Assembly (NCBI GenBank): GCA_030916945.1
Contig: JAUPVS010000003.1
Coordinates: forward strand, 6,536 to 70,535
From: Patescibacteria group bacterium
GTDB lineage: Bacteria; Patescibacteriota; Saccharimonadia; Saccharimonadales; JAUPVS01
Direction of reading: 5' to 3'
Length of the DNA stretch: 64,000 nt
Both the position numbers and the translations under genes were made by a program. Shown one piece after another: positions 46,370 to 56,278 of this stretch (its first letter is position 1; each line of letters opens with the position of its first letter). Below the pieces are notes generated by a model. The model saw nothing but the letters and a program-made list of their open reading frames with translations, had not been told where the DNA came from and did no database searches.

Positions 46370-47065
46370 TTAATTACCGTTTGCCCGCGCCTTAGGCAGG
46401 TAGTCGGAAACCATTTCAAGAACGTGACGAGCCACACTCAAAGCATGTGTCTTGTCGGCCAGACGGTCGTAGAAACCAAAGGGGACAACAGCCCGGTTTT
46501 CCACCCCTTGGCCGTCTTCTAGAGGATAGGTATAGGTGATAATCCCGGGTTGTGTACGTTTCATCTGCTCCTTAGGCGCCATGTATAAGTTACCATTCTT
46601 GACATAAAAGAATGGCACAGAAGGGTTTCCGGGGTCTCTGCTGACATCACTACGATCTGAATCATCGTCTTTATCAGCCATAGCTGCTTCTTTCGTAATT
46701 GGTCCAACCATGCAAATAGCATCATCTTCGTAATCTACCGTTACATCAGTTGTAAGGAAGACTGCGACACCGTCTACCGCATACTCTTCTGAGCTTAGTA
46801 TTCGTATATGAGACGGCACCTCTCTATCTGGTTCATCGGGTAAGCTAACCCTTGCATGCCACAGACAGACATCAGTCAAAACACCTGCCGGCCAATCAGA
46901 TTCATCGAGCTCAAAGTACGCCCAGCCTGCGTCGTCCGCTTGGCCTAGGGAGGCCATCTTCTCATAATACGAATCCCTAAACTTGGCAACGTCCTCAAGA
47001 TACTGCGCCAGCTGCTCTTCAGTTTCGCCAAAGCCAAATTCACGGGTAAACTCTGCATCAGCCAT
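46370..47065 (-). CDS. hypothetical acidic protein (231 aa)
   Basis: Clean ORF with no recognised motif. Confidence 0.45.
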   Translation of the reverse strand: MADAEFTREFGFGETEEQLAQYLEDVAKFRDSYYEKMASLGQADDAGWAYFELDESDWPAGVLTDVCLWHARVSLPDEPDREVPSHIRILSSEEYAVDGVAVFLTTDVTVDYEDDAICMVGPITKEAAMADKDDDSDRSDVSRDPGNPSVPFFYVKNGNLYMAPKEQMKRTQPGIITYTYPLEDGQGVENRAVVPFGFYDRLADKTHALSVARHVLEMVSDYLPKARANGN

Positions 47066-47188
47066 GAAGCCTATTTAACTACCGAAAGGAAAATATTGCA
47101 AACCACAAACGCTATTGACATAAGCGTTTCATTATGTTAATATTAAGACAACCTAGGGAGGTCCTAGGGTGGAAATAAGGAGATAATT

Positions 47189-47839
47189 ATGAAGATTCGC
47201 AATATGATTAGCGCTGCCGTACTTGTTGTAAGTACTGTCGCCGTTATCGGTGCTGGTCAGGTAAACAAGGTAAGTGCTGCCGAATGTAACGTTGGCGCAT
47301 TAGCCGGTGACCACACTCAAAAGAACATTACTGTTAATGGTACCCAGGCAACCGTTAAGTTCGCTGTTAAGGGCGATCAGGGTTGTACCCAAAACGTAAC
47401 CTTTGCTTCTTGGGAAGCCCCAAGCAAGACTGGTTTACCACTAAGTGGCCAAAAGTTGTATGACTTTAAGACTGGTTCATTCGGTGTTGGTATCCACAGC
47501 CTAACTGTTAACTTGCCAGTTTGTGCAAGTAACCCGAACATTGTTCGTTACTACCAAGCTGACTTGCTACGTGGTAGCAGCCCGACGACCGCTCAAGGTA
47601 CATCTGACTACGCTAAGGCTGGTGAAGCCGGTCGTTTGATCGACTGGAAAGTTGGCGGAGAAGTATGTCCTACACCTGTTACTCCAGTAACTCCTGTAAC
47701 TCCTGCCTCTACCACTCCTGCTAAGACCTTACCTGCAACTGGTCCAGAAGGCGTCATCGCCGTATCAGCTGCCATCGCCATCGCTGCCGCTGCTGCACAC
47801 AACGTGTACCTGCGACGCCGCGCTCTTGGCAACCTTTAA
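47189..47839 (+). CDS. LPXTG-anchored cell-surface protein
   Basis: AGGAGATAATT lies upstream of the ATG. It has a signal peptide (VVSTVAVIGAGQVNKVSA), a PVT repeat linker, and a canonical sorting signal: LPATG, then a hydrophobic stretch, then RRR. Confidence 0.8.
   Translation: MKIRNMISAAVLVVSTVAVIGAGQVNKVSAAECNVGALAGDHTQKNITVNGTQATVKFAVKGDQGCTQNVTFASWEAPSKTGLPLSGQKLYDFKTGSFGVGIHSLTVNLPVCASNPNIVRYYQADLLRGSSPTTAQGTSDYAKAGEAGRLIDWKVGGEVCPTPVTPVTPVTPASTTPAKTLPATGPEGVIAVSAAIAIAAAAAHNVYLRRRALGNL
47675..47701 (+). repeat. 3 x 9-bp tandem coding repeat (Pro-Val-Thr)3
   Basis: CCTGTTACT CCAGTAACT CCTGTAACT, in the stalk of the LPATG protein. Confidence 0.7.
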
Positions 47840-47860
47840 CAAACATTAGTTAAAAAAACG

Positions 47861-47888
47861 AACACCCCGTGCAAGCGGGGTGTTTTTA
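47861..47888 (+). terminator. rho-independent terminator
   Basis: AACACCCCG-TGCAAG-CGGGGTGTT followed by a T-run. Confidence 0.7.
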
Positions 47889-47909
47889 TTGTGTGGTATA
47901 GTGGATGCC

Positions 47910-48413
47910 ATGCCCGAAATATGTATCACACCACTTTACCCCGAATTGGCCGAAGAACACCGTCGCCTGCAACGCCAAATGATCCTAACCGACCCAACGC
48001 TTAATAGCACCCTGGCTAATGAGTTGACTAGTCGCCTGGACGGCATTAATCCAGCCAGGCTTATAGCCGGTGCTCATCATTACATTGCTAATGTTGATAA
48101 CAATATAACTGGTGGTGTTACGCTTCGTCCCGGTGTCGAAAACGCGTTAATTAGCGGTCTATTCGTAGAAGAACCCTACCGCCGACGCGGTATTGCCAGT
48201 GCCCTAATGAGTCATGTTCTAGAAGTCGCTACGCAAACCGGCCAAAGACAAGCCACTTTATGGGTAGCCGACCACAACCAGGTAGCCTATAGTTGGTATC
48301 TAAGACTAGGTTTTGGTTCAACCGAACCGCCCACTCTACGTTTATCCTCCCTTGGGCAAGACGGTTTTGATGAGCTACTAGTAAAACCACTAGGTGAGAC
48401 GCCCGATGCCTGA
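47910..48413 (+). CDS. GNAT-family N-acetyltransferase
   Basis: 167 aa from MPEICITP (TATAGT at 47897..47902, 7 nt upstream). The acetyl-CoA motif is VEEPYRRRGIASALMSHV. Confidence 0.8.
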   Translation: MPEICITPLYPELAEEHRRLQRQMILTDPTLNSTLANELTSRLDGINPARLIAGAHHYIANVDNNITGGVTLRPGVENALISGLFVEEPYRRRGIASALMSHVLEVATQTGQRQATLWVADHNQVAYSWYLRLGFGSTEPPTLRLSSLGQDGFDELLVKPLGETPDA

Positions 48414-48867
48414 ACTGCAACCAGTCCGCGGCGTCATTGTCGAAGATTGCCAAGAAAAGTTTGACGCCTTAAACGCAGCCTTTCAAGAAGCCGGCGGACA
48501 ACTAGTTGCCTGGGCCACCAGCTACGATGCCGCCATTGAACTAATCAACAACCGGGTTCTGTCGCCGCAAAAAACTGATGTTGCCTTTATTGATGCCGAC
48601 CTGGGATTGCGCCGCTCCGAAGGCCGCCAGCTTCACCTCCAATTGTGCCAGCTCGGCCACATTGCAACTAGCCCCCAGACGCCTGACCCAAGAAGTATAG
48701 TTACAGTCGGTGCTAGCTCAGTACCATACATGGCTCAGGAAATTGGCACACCCGCTATACAGGACGGCCAGCCGCTAATCGTAGAGTGGGAATATGTTCC
48801 TTTAGTGGCCGTTAACTTGCCAGAAATCTTACAAGAAGTCCGCTTGCTCAAGCCAGCCCTAAGCTAG
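48394..48867 (+). CDS. hypothetical protein with receiver (CheY)-like N-terminal pattern
   Basis: GVIVEDCQEKFDALNAAFQEAGGQLVAW...DVAFIDADLGL resembles a REC domain. The start is uncertain (48394 or ATG 48406). Confidence 0.4.
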   Translation: MRRPMPELQPVRGVIVEDCQEKFDALNAAFQEAGGQLVAWATSYDAAIELINNRVLSPQKTDVAFIDADLGLRRSEGRQLHLQLCQLGHIATSPQTPDPRSIVTVGASSVPYMAQEIGTPAIQDGQPLIVEWEYVPLVAVNLPEILQEVRLLKPALS

Positions 48868-48987
48868 TCAGCTATTTCTCAACTTGGCCAGTTATTGTAG
48901 TGATGTTGCCTGGCATCCCCCGCCAGCAACCGGTTCATTAACTAAAGAAGGGAGGATATTATTGCTAATACATTAAAGAAAGCTCTT

Positions 48988-49452
48988 ATGGTGGGCGGAG
49001 TGGTTAGCGCCGTTGGCTTAGGAAGTTTGGCCAGCGCCAGCGCCGTCTCGGCCGCCACCAGCCCAAACAACGATACCATCGTTGATAAACTGGCCTCTAA
49101 GTTCAACTTAAATAAAGAGGAGGTTAAACAGGTTTTTGAAGACGAGCGTAAAGCTCACATGGCCGAACGCGAGGCCCGGGTAGCCGACAAGCTCCAGGCC
49201 CTGGTTGATAACAAAACCATTACGGCCGAGCAAAAAACGGCTATCGAAGCCAAGCTAACGGAGCTTAAGTCTAAGCACCAAGCTAACCGTGACGCTATGA
49301 AAGACATGACTCCAGAAGAGCGTAAAGCCAAGTTCGACGCCGAACGCAGTGCGCTCGAAGCCTGGGCTAAAGATCAAGGTTTAGACCTATCTAAGCTTAA
49401 AGGGATATTTATGAGTGAGCGTGGCCATGGTCGCGAGCACGGCAAACACTAG
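48988..49452 (+). CDS. secreted coiled-coil Lys/Glu-rich protein; the true start may be a non-canonical ATT at 48961
   Basis: Signal-peptide-like VGGVVSAVGLGSLASASAVSA, followed by a charged helical region. The only SD (AAGGGAGG ending at 48955) is 32 nt from the ATG but 5 nt from an in-frame ATT. Confidence 0.6.
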   Translation: MVGGVVSAVGLGSLASASAVSAATSPNNDTIVDKLASKFNLNKEEVKQVFEDERKAHMAEREARVADKLQALVDNKTITAEQKTAIEAKLTELKSKHQANRDAMKDMTPEERKAKFDAERSALEAWAKDQGLDLSKLKGIFMSERGHGREHGKH

Positions 49453-49476
49453 AAGGGAGGAGCCTATACAAATTAG

Positions 49477-49506
49477 CCACCGGCCACCATGGTCGGTGGT
49501 TTTTTG
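49477..49506. terminator. bidirectional rho-independent terminator between convergent genes
   Basis: CCACCGGCCACCATGGTCGGTGG followed by TTTTTT. Confidence 0.7.
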
Positions 49507-49515
49507 TGTCTAAAG

Positions 49516-50520
49516 CTAGGCTTTGGGTAGGGAAATTGTAACAGTCGTGCCTTTGCCAAGGCTGCTCTCGGCTGTAATTGAACCGCCGTGCAGCTGGACG
49601 ATGTTCTGGGCAATCGCCAGACCTAAGCCGTAGCCGTCGGTGGTGCCTTTGGTGCGCGACGAGTCAGCCCGGTAAAAACGCTCAAAGATGTGCGGTAATT
49701 CTTCTTCACTAATTCCAGGGCCTTGATCGGTTACGGTAATTATAACGTCACCTCGGCCAGGCTTGGCTACAACCGTAACCTGGGACTTTTTAGGACTATA
49801 TTTAACAGCGTTGTCCAACACCGTTACCAAGGCCTCGGTTAAACCGGCTTGGTCACCCAAAACTTGGGCATCAGCCGGAACAGACTGGCTAACTAAATTG
49901 TGTTTGGGTTCGGCCAGTGGTAAAACCCGGTCAACCGCAGCTTGCACCAAAGTGTGAACCGACACGGCTTCTTTAGGTAAGTCAGAGGCTTCTAGTTGAG
50001 CCAGGCGCAGCAAGCCTTCCGACAGCGCCGTTAGTTTATCTAATTCTTCTAAATTACTCTGCAGCTGATCTTTGGCGTCAGCCAGCTTTAGCTTAGGGTC
50101 GCTCAACGTAACCTCAATTTCGGTGCGCATGGCGGTGATCGGCGTGCGCAATTCGTGGCTGGCATCGGCCGTAAAGCGGCTTTGGGCTTGGTGGGCTTCT
50201 TCTATCGGCTTAAGGGTCCGGCGCGCCAGGTAGTAACTTAAAAAGCCGGCCCCAACCATAATTAGCAGGTTAATAAAGATTAGCTGGGCAATGACGTGGC
50301 CGCGAATGTCGTTATAGATGTCTTCGCGCTGCTGAATATAAGATTGCTGGCGAAACGGGCCGGAACCGAACACGCGCTGGACAACTTCGGTCTGGCGATC
50401 AAAACCACGGTCGACCTCATGCATCGACAGATTGTACAAGGCCACACTAAAGAAGATGCTGATGGCCATAATAATACCCAGATACAAACCAGTCAGACGC
50501 AGCGATGTCTGGTGAAACAC
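49516..50520 (-). CDS. membrane sensor histidine kinase
   Basis: 334 aa with two TM segments flanking a short loop. H-box ASHELRTPIT, N-box LDNAVKYSP, G-boxes DQGPGI and GYGLGLAIA. Confidence 0.85.
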   Translation of the reverse strand: MFHQTSLRLTGLYLGIIMAISIFFSVALYNLSMHEVDRGFDRQTEVVQRVFGSGPFRQQSYIQQREDIYNDIRGHVIAQLIFINLLIMVGAGFLSYYLARRTLKPIEEAHQAQSRFTADASHELRTPITAMRTEIEVTLSDPKLKLADAKDQLQSNLEELDKLTALSEGLLRLAQLEASDLPKEAVSVHTLVQAAVDRVLPLAEPKHNLVSQSVPADAQVLGDQAGLTEALVTVLDNAVKYSPKKSQVTVVAKPGRGDVIITVTDQGPGISEEELPHIFERFYRADSSRTKGTTDGYGLGLAIAQNIVQLHGGSITAESSLGKGTTVTISLPKA

Positions 50521-51200
50521 TAGGGTTGCTCCCCAAACACATAACCAAAACCACGCCGCGTATGGATTAGGTCGGGCGAATCAAACGGCTTGTCGATTTT
50601 ATTACGTAGGTAGCCAATATACACCTCGACGGTGTTGGGCAAGATGTCGGCATCGTAGTTCCAAACATTCTGAATCAGCTGGTCACGGGTGATGACGCGA
50701 CCGGGATTGCGCATTAAATATTCTAGTAAAGAAAATTCCAACGCGGTTAGGGTAATCGGGCTACCTGAGCGGGTGACCACAAAGTTTTCGGGATCAAGCG
50801 TGACGTCACCGTGCACCAACACCGTTCCTAAAGCCTGTTGCGGGCGACGCAACAACGCACGTACCCGGGCAATTAGCTCCACAAAAGCGAACGGTTTAAC
50901 CAAGTAGTCGTCGGCACCGGCGTTGAGCCCTTCGGCCCGGTTGAGTACGTGGTCTTTGGCAGTTAACAGTAGGACCGGTGTGTGGTTGTCGGCCTGACGC
51001 AAGGCTTTAAGAATTCCCATGCCATCTACGGCGCCGGGTAACATTCTATCTAAAATAACCAGGTCATATGGTTCGTTTAAGGCCAGTTCTAAACCCTTGT
51101 CACCGTCGTGAGCCATATCAACGGCATACGACTGGCGCTCTAAGCCGCGCTTAACAGCGGCGGCAATTTTGTGATCATCTTCGACAATAAGTATTCGCAT
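50520..51200 (-). CDS. OmpR-family response regulator
   Basis: MRILIVEDD, DLVILDRMLPG, and a winged-helix C-terminus (LTALEFSLLEYL...RGFGYVF). Its stop overlaps the kinase start. Confidence 0.9.
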   Translation of the reverse strand: MRILIVEDDHKIAAAVKRGLERQSYAVDMAHDGDKGLELALNEPYDLVILDRMLPGAVDGMGILKALRQADNHTPVLLLTAKDHVLNRAEGLNAGADDYLVKPFAFVELIARVRALLRRPQQALGTVLVHGDVTLDPENFVVTRSGSPITLTALEFSLLEYLMRNPGRVITRDQLIQNVWNYDADILPNTVEVYIGYLRNKIDKPFDSPDLIHTRRGFGYVFGEQP

Positions 51201-51283
51201 ATCCTACCAATAGTATACAGCCTGCCTGAGAAACCTCTGATAGTTATTGACTCACTGGCTTATAGGTTGTATAAATAAATCAA

Positions 51284-51754
51284 ATGACGACTCTAGAGGA
51301 GCCCCCGTCCGGGCCCGAATTTCCCGAACCACTGTTAGCACCCCAAGGCTATCTAGCACTTGACGACTGTCAACTGGGACGAATCTATCACGCTGCCGAT
51401 GCCGATAACGATCGGTTTGGCTACCTAACCGTTAATACCCATGAGGTGCCGGTATTTACTACCGTTCACTTGCGTGGCGCCGAAGTAATTACCCACCAGG
51501 AATACCATGCCGACATAGCTGGCTCGTTTAGACCAAGCCGGGCCGTAGAAGTCGACCTAGACGGGCTGGACGAAACCAGCGTCCTGGTACTACTGGCTGT
51601 TTGCGGCTTACATACTGCCCGGCAGCGACTGCGCGAACTCGAAGCCACTGGTAACGGCTGGCAAACACCAGATGAAGCCTTAACTTATGAAGAAGCCGCC
51701 ATGCGTGTTAACTATTACGAGCGACTTTTGAGTGGGCTAACCGAAGCCGATTAG
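51284..51754 (+). CDS. hypothetical acidic protein (156 aa)
   Basis: Clean ORF (TATAAA lies 8 nt before the ATG). No family recognised. Confidence 0.45.
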   Translation: MTTLEEPPSGPEFPEPLLAPQGYLALDDCQLGRIYHAADADNDRFGYLTVNTHEVPVFTTVHLRGAEVITHQEYHADIAGSFRPSRAVEVDLDGLDETSVLVLLAVCGLHTARQRLRELEATGNGWQTPDEALTYEEAAMRVNYYERLLSGLTEAD

Positions 51755-51771
51755 TCTATACTGTAGGGCAG

Positions 51772-54276
51772 ATGATTTGGTACCAGCAAACCCCTCAGGC
51801 AATTCTTAAAGAACTCGAAACCAGCGAGGCCGGCCTAAGCAGCAGTGAGGCTCAAGCCCGCCTAAAAACCTATGGTCCTAACGAGCTGTCTTTAAAGAAA
51901 GAGCCGCTCTGGAAGGTAATTGTCGAGCCGTTCCGCGGAGTCTTTGTAGCCGTCTTGGTGGCGGCCGCCTTTGTCAGCCTAATCAGCCATGAACCACTCG
52001 AAGCCGTTATTATTAGCGTTATCATCTTGGTGGGGGCGGTTATCTTTTACGTTCAACAGTACGCCACCAACCGCGTCTTGCGCAGCCTTAAAAAAACCAG
52101 TGTTCAACAGGTGGCTGTCCAGCGCGACGGTAGCCTGCAGACAATTTCGGCGCTCGACCTCGTGCCGGGCGACATCTTACTGCTGGCCGAAGGCGAACGG
52201 GTACCAGCCGATGCTCGTATCGTTCAGGCCGAAGGCCTCCAGGTCGACGAGTCGGCCTTAACCGGCGAGTCGGTACCGGTTCATAAACACAACTCGGTAC
52301 TTACTAATAAGAAACAGATGTACGAACAAGACAACATGGTCTTTCAGGGCACCTACGTCGTTAGTGGCGGCGGCCAGGCTGTTGTTGTCGAAACTGGCAG
52401 CAAGACAGCTTTTGGTAAGATCGCCCAGTTAGCCGGTGGCGACAAAACCGTTAGCCCGGTCCAAGTTAAAATTGATCACTTAATTTCGTTGATGGTTAAG
52501 GCCATTGGCGTGCTGGCGCTGGTGGTGTTTGCCTTGTCGCTGGCCCGCGGCATTCCGACTTCTGAAGCTCTACGCTTTGTGCTGTCGTTAAGTGTGTCGG
52601 CCGTACCAGAAGGCTTGCCAGTGGCCCTGACCGTTATTATCGTCCTAGGCATGCGCCGTATGGCCAAACACAAGGCACTGGTTCATTCTTTTAAAGCCAT
52701 CGAGGATATTGGTCTAGTTACTACCATTGCCACCGACAAGACCGGCACCCTAACCAAGAACAAGCTAACTATTGTTGACAGCTGGTCCATAGGCAAAGAA
52801 CAGGTGACTACTATTGCCGGTATGACGCTAGACGTTAGCCAGCGCGTCACTGACCCACTCGACCAAGCCATCATCGACAGTATGAAGGCCGAGTCGCACA
52901 CCACCGTTAATCAGGTCTATCCCTTCGACAACGCCCTGCGCATGAGTGGCGCCTACAGCCAGTCACGCCAGACCATCTTCTTTAAGGGTGCGCCAGAGCA
53001 CATTCTGTCGCATTCGACCTTGAGTGATGCTAAGCGCAGCCAAGCCGAGTCAGCCTTGCACAGTTTCGCTTCTAAAGGTTACCGTGTTATTGCCGTCGCC
53101 AAACATAAATTTGCCGGTAAGCCACCTAAGAACCTGACCGGTTTAAAGAATCAGAAGCTCGACTTTATTGGCTTTTTAGCCCTGGCCGATGAGCTACGCG
53201 AAGAGTCCAGTGACGCTATTAAGGCCGCCCAAGCCGCCGGCATTAGTGTCCGGATGATCACCGGCGACCATTACGAAACGGCCTTTAATATTGGTAAAAA
53301 GCTGGGCCTGGCGACACACCCCGACCAAGTAATCCAGGGGACCGAACTGCCTAAAGAAGTTCACGCCCTAGCCCAGACAATTAAAACCAAGACAGTGTTT
53401 GCGCGCATCCTGCCCGAAGATAAGTTCCGCGTCCTGCAGGCGTTAAAACAAACCGAAATCACCGCCATGACGGGCGATGGTGTTAACGATGTACCAGCCC
53501 TAACCAATGCCCATGTTGGCATTGCCATGGGGTCGGGCAGTGACATCGCGCGCGACGCCGGTGGCATCGTCTTGCTCGATGACAACTTTGCCACCATCGT
53601 TAATGCTATCGCCGAAGGGCGCAAAATCTTTGCCAATATCCGGCGCATGCTGTTCTACTTATTAGCCACCTCGATGGGTGAAATGCTAACCATGATCGGT
53701 GCCTTGCTACTGGGCTTTCCACTGCCAATTACCGCTATTCAAATCCTTTGGATCAACCTGGTAACCGATACGGCTTTGGTGCTGCCACTAGGCTTGGAAC
53801 AGGCCGAAGACGGCACTATGCAAAAGCCGCCGCGCCGCCCTAACGAACCGCTACTTAACCGCATCCTACTGAGCCGCCTGGCATTAGTGGCACTGACCAT
53901 GGCAATTGTTACGCTAAGCATCGTGGCCGTCTTAAAAGGGCAGGGGCAGACTACCGAGTACATCCAGACGGTGGCTTTTATGGCCCTGGTTGTCGCCCAG
54001 TGGACCAACGCCTTTAACGCCCGCAGCGAGTACGGTTCGCTCTTAAGCGGCTGGCGCCGACTTAACATCGGTATGCTGGTTGGCTTACTAGTGGGCTTTA
54101 GCCTGCAGATGCTAGTTATGTTTGGGCCGCTGCAAACTGTTTTTGCAATCGCCGATGTACCGCTTGAGGTCTTACTGACCACCTCGGGAATCATGCTTGT
54201 GGCGATAGCCGGTGTGGCCGAAGTTCACAAGTTTGTTAGCCGACTTATTCGCGACGCAGGGCATCAATCGGGTTAA
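51772..54276 (+). CDS. P2-type cation-transporting ATPase (Ca2+/Mg2+-ATPase-like)
   Basis: 834 aa. TGES, the TM4 motif AVPEGLP, the phosphorylation site DKTGTLT, and the hinge TGDGVNDVPAL. Confidence 0.9.
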   Translation: MIWYQQTPQAILKELETSEAGLSSSEAQARLKTYGPNELSLKKEPLWKVIVEPFRGVFVAVLVAAAFVSLISHEPLEAVIISVIILVGAVIFYVQQYATNRVLRSLKKTSVQQVAVQRDGSLQTISALDLVPGDILLLAEGERVPADARIVQAEGLQVDESALTGESVPVHKHNSVLTNKKQMYEQDNMVFQGTYVVSGGGQAVVVETGSKTAFGKIAQLAGGDKTVSPVQVKIDHLISLMVKAIGVLALVVFALSLARGIPTSEALRFVLSLSVSAVPEGLPVALTVIIVLGMRRMAKHKALVHSFKAIEDIGLVTTIATDKTGTLTKNKLTIVDSWSIGKEQVTTIAGMTLDVSQRVTDPLDQAIIDSMKAESHTTVNQVYPFDNALRMSGAYSQSRQTIFFKGAPEHILSHSTLSDAKRSQAESALHSFASKGYRVIAVAKHKFAGKPPKNLTGLKNQKLDFIGFLALADELREESSDAIKAAQAAGISVRMITGDHYETAFNIGKKLGLATHPDQVIQGTELPKEVHALAQTIKTKTVFARILPEDKFRVLQALKQTEITAMTGDGVNDVPALTNAHVGIAMGSGSDIARDAGGIVLLDDNFATIVNAIAEGRKIFANIRRMLFYLLATSMGEMLTMIGALLLGFPLPITAIQILWINLVTDTALVLPLGLEQAEDGTMQKPPRRPNEPLLNRILLSRLALVALTMAIVTLSIVAVLKGQGQTTEYIQTVAFMALVVAQWTNAFNARSEYGSLLSGWRRLNIGMLVGLLVGFSLQMLVMFGPLQTVFAIADVPLEVLLTTSGIMLVAIAGVAEVHKFVSRLIRDAGHQSG

Positions 54277-55483
54277 TCTTGTGGGCACGTTTAGCCGGGA
54301 AGAAAGCTACCAGTAAGCCGACTACCGTCATAAAGCCCACCAAGGCGGCGATCAGCCAGAATGGGGTCGAGAACAGGACAAAACTCTCTTTGACGCCACG
54401 GTTGCGCGCAAAGTTGTTCATTAGCACGTTAACAATCTGACCAGTAGTTACTGCCAAGGTTATACCAATGACAGCGCCAGCTACCGATAGCAAAACGGCT
54501 TCTAATACAAACAACTTGCTCATATCACGGTTACGGCCGCCCAGGGCCATCATCAAACCAATTTCGCGGGTTCTTTCTAGCAATGAGATAGTTAGGGTGT
54601 TAAACATGCCTAGTACGGCCACAATCATGCCAATGGCGCCAAAACCAACCAGTATGACGTTAAAGAACTTGAAGATCTGATTGATCTGTTCGATTGTGTC
54701 GCTCGGTGAACTGGTTTCAAAACCTTGGCTTTGAATTTGCGAACGCAAACCGGCCACATTTTTGGAATTATCAGAAATTAGTTTCATCTGGGTGTAGCTG
54801 GTGACACCAATGTCTGTAAAGATAAAGCTCGGTACATAGACTTCACTGCCGGCCCCTGACTTAACCACGCCAATTACCGTGAACTCATCCTTAACCTCGG
54901 CCTTTTTAGCCTTAGGATCTTTCATTGGTATAACCAGGGTGATCTTTTTATTGATAATCTCACTATTAGACTTGTAGCCGACCGCTTTAACGGCCGCTTC
55001 GTTAAGCATTACGACGCGGTTATCTTCTTTTTTAAGACTGCGACCACCACCCAGCGAAAAGTCAGTTAGCTCCAGATAGCCCTGATCAACACCATAAACA
55101 ATCGTATCAACCGAGCTGCCACGCTGGTTCATGCTACCGGGAAACGAATACTGCAGGCCGTACTTTTCGACATGGGGCAGATTCTTAATTTTATCGACCT
55201 GTTCGTTATTTAGCTGCACCACCTTCGAGTTAGCCGAACTGATGTCAATCGACTTAACCGAACTGTTGCCAACAATTTCTTTGGTAACCAGATTCTGGAT
55301 GCCTAAACCAAACGATAGCAAAAAGAAGATGGCACCGATACCAATAATGACACCGAATATGGTCAAGAAGGTTCGAAGCTTTTTACTTACCAAGTTACGC
55401 CAGGCAATATAGATGACCATGCGCAACGGAATGGCCGTGTAGTGTTTCTTAACGCCGTGGTTATTGGTCTTTTCGGACGGCAT
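54245..55483 (-). CDS. MacB/FtsX-type ABC transporter permease
   Basis: 412 aa. It has an N-terminal TM, a large extracytoplasmic domain of about 230 aa, and a C-terminal FtsX module (LERTREIGLMMALGGRNRDM). Its start overlaps the ATPase gene by 23 nt. Confidence 0.85.
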   Translation of the reverse strand: MPSEKTNNHGVKKHYTAIPLRMVIYIAWRNLVSKKLRTFLTIFGVIIGIGAIFFLLSFGLGIQNLVTKEIVGNSSVKSIDISSANSKVVQLNNEQVDKIKNLPHVEKYGLQYSFPGSMNQRGSSVDTIVYGVDQGYLELTDFSLGGGRSLKKEDNRVVMLNEAAVKAVGYKSNSEIINKKITLVIPMKDPKAKKAEVKDEFTVIGVVKSGAGSEVYVPSFIFTDIGVTSYTQMKLISDNSKNVAGLRSQIQSQGFETSSPSDTIEQINQIFKFFNVILVGFGAIGMIVAVLGMFNTLTISLLERTREIGLMMALGGRNRDMSKLFVLEAVLLSVAGAVIGITLAVTTGQIVNVLMNNFARNRGVKESFVLFSTPFWLIAALVGFMTVVGLLVAFFPAKRAHKINPIDALRRE

Positions 55484-56276
55484 CCATCATCTCCTCGGTT
55501 TTTTTATGCTCCAGGTGCTTGGATCGCGACAGATTATTCAGACGCTGCTTCATGTTATCCAGCAGTTCTTCGGCCGTTTTGGTAATTGAACCGTCGCGCA
55601 TTTCTTGAATCTGGCCATCTTCTATATGGATAAGGTGATCGGCCAGCGGTAAGTATTCCATGTTATGGGTCACCAAAATAATCGTGCGCTTAAACTGGGT
55701 CTGACATTCGCGCAGCAAGTTCATGATCATGTCGCCATTCTTACTATCCAAGCTACCAGTTGGTTCGTCGGCAATAATAAATAGCGGGTCATTAACCAAG
55801 GCTCGGGCTGTGGCGATACGTTGTTGCTCACCACCCGACAGCAGCGACGGGTACTTCTTGGCATACTGACCCATGCTGACGCGGTCTAGGGCGGTCATGG
55901 CAATCTTGGCGGCCTGCGACTTGTTGTAACCCAAAAAGTACAGTGGCATCGACACGTTTTCGATCACACTCAAGCTCTTCACCCAATAGTTAGTCTGGTA
56001 GACAATGCCGATTCGGTTAGCTCTAAAATGAGCTAGTTCGTCGGGCTTAAGCGCGTAGACGTCCTTGCCTTCAAAAAGAACCTGACCCTTGGTGGGCCGC
56101 TGCAAGCCGGTTAAGACGTTCAAGAGGGTAGACTTACCACTACCAGACGGACCATAGATGATGTTAAAACTGTTCTCGGTCAGTTCAAAACTAACTTTCT
56201 GCAAAGGCTTAATGACCTCGTCACCAACCGTAAACTCTTGTTCAATATTAGTAGCTTTAACCAAGATATTTGCCAT
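55461..56276 (-). CDS. ABC transporter ATP-binding protein (MacB/LolD/FtsE-like)
   Basis: [26 protein letters not shown] and [11 protein letters not shown]. It has a C-terminal charged extension of about 45 aa. Its ATG lies 2 nt after the stop of the giant gene. Confidence 0.9.
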   Translation of the reverse strand: MANILVKATNIEQEFTVGDEVIKPLQKVSFELTENSFNIIYGPSGSGKSTLLNVLTGLQRPTKGQVLFEGKDVYALKPDELAHFRANRIGIVYQTNYWVKSLSVIENVSMPLYFLGYNKSQAAKIAMTALDRVSMGQYAKKYPSLLSGGEQQRIATARALVNDPLFIIADEPTGSLDSKNGDMIMNLLRECQTQFKRTIILVTHNMEYLPLADHLIHIEDGQIQEMRDGSITKTAEELLDNMKQRLNNLSRSKHLEHKKTEEMMDAVRKDQ

Positions 56277-56278
56277 AG

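Noticed and set aside
47675-47701. I checked tandem repeats as a possible CRISPR or other non-coding array.
   Set aside because: There are only three 9-bp units, in frame, encoding (PVT)3 inside an LPATG protein. No repeat-spacer architecture occurs anywhere in the window.
54245-54276. Convergent gene ends overlap: 32 nt here, 11 nt at 44098-44108, 17 nt at 16892-16908 and 4 nt at 7802-7805.
   Set aside because: This is most simply explained by genome compaction. I found no specific antisense-regulation evidence, and no hairpins were seen in the overlaps.
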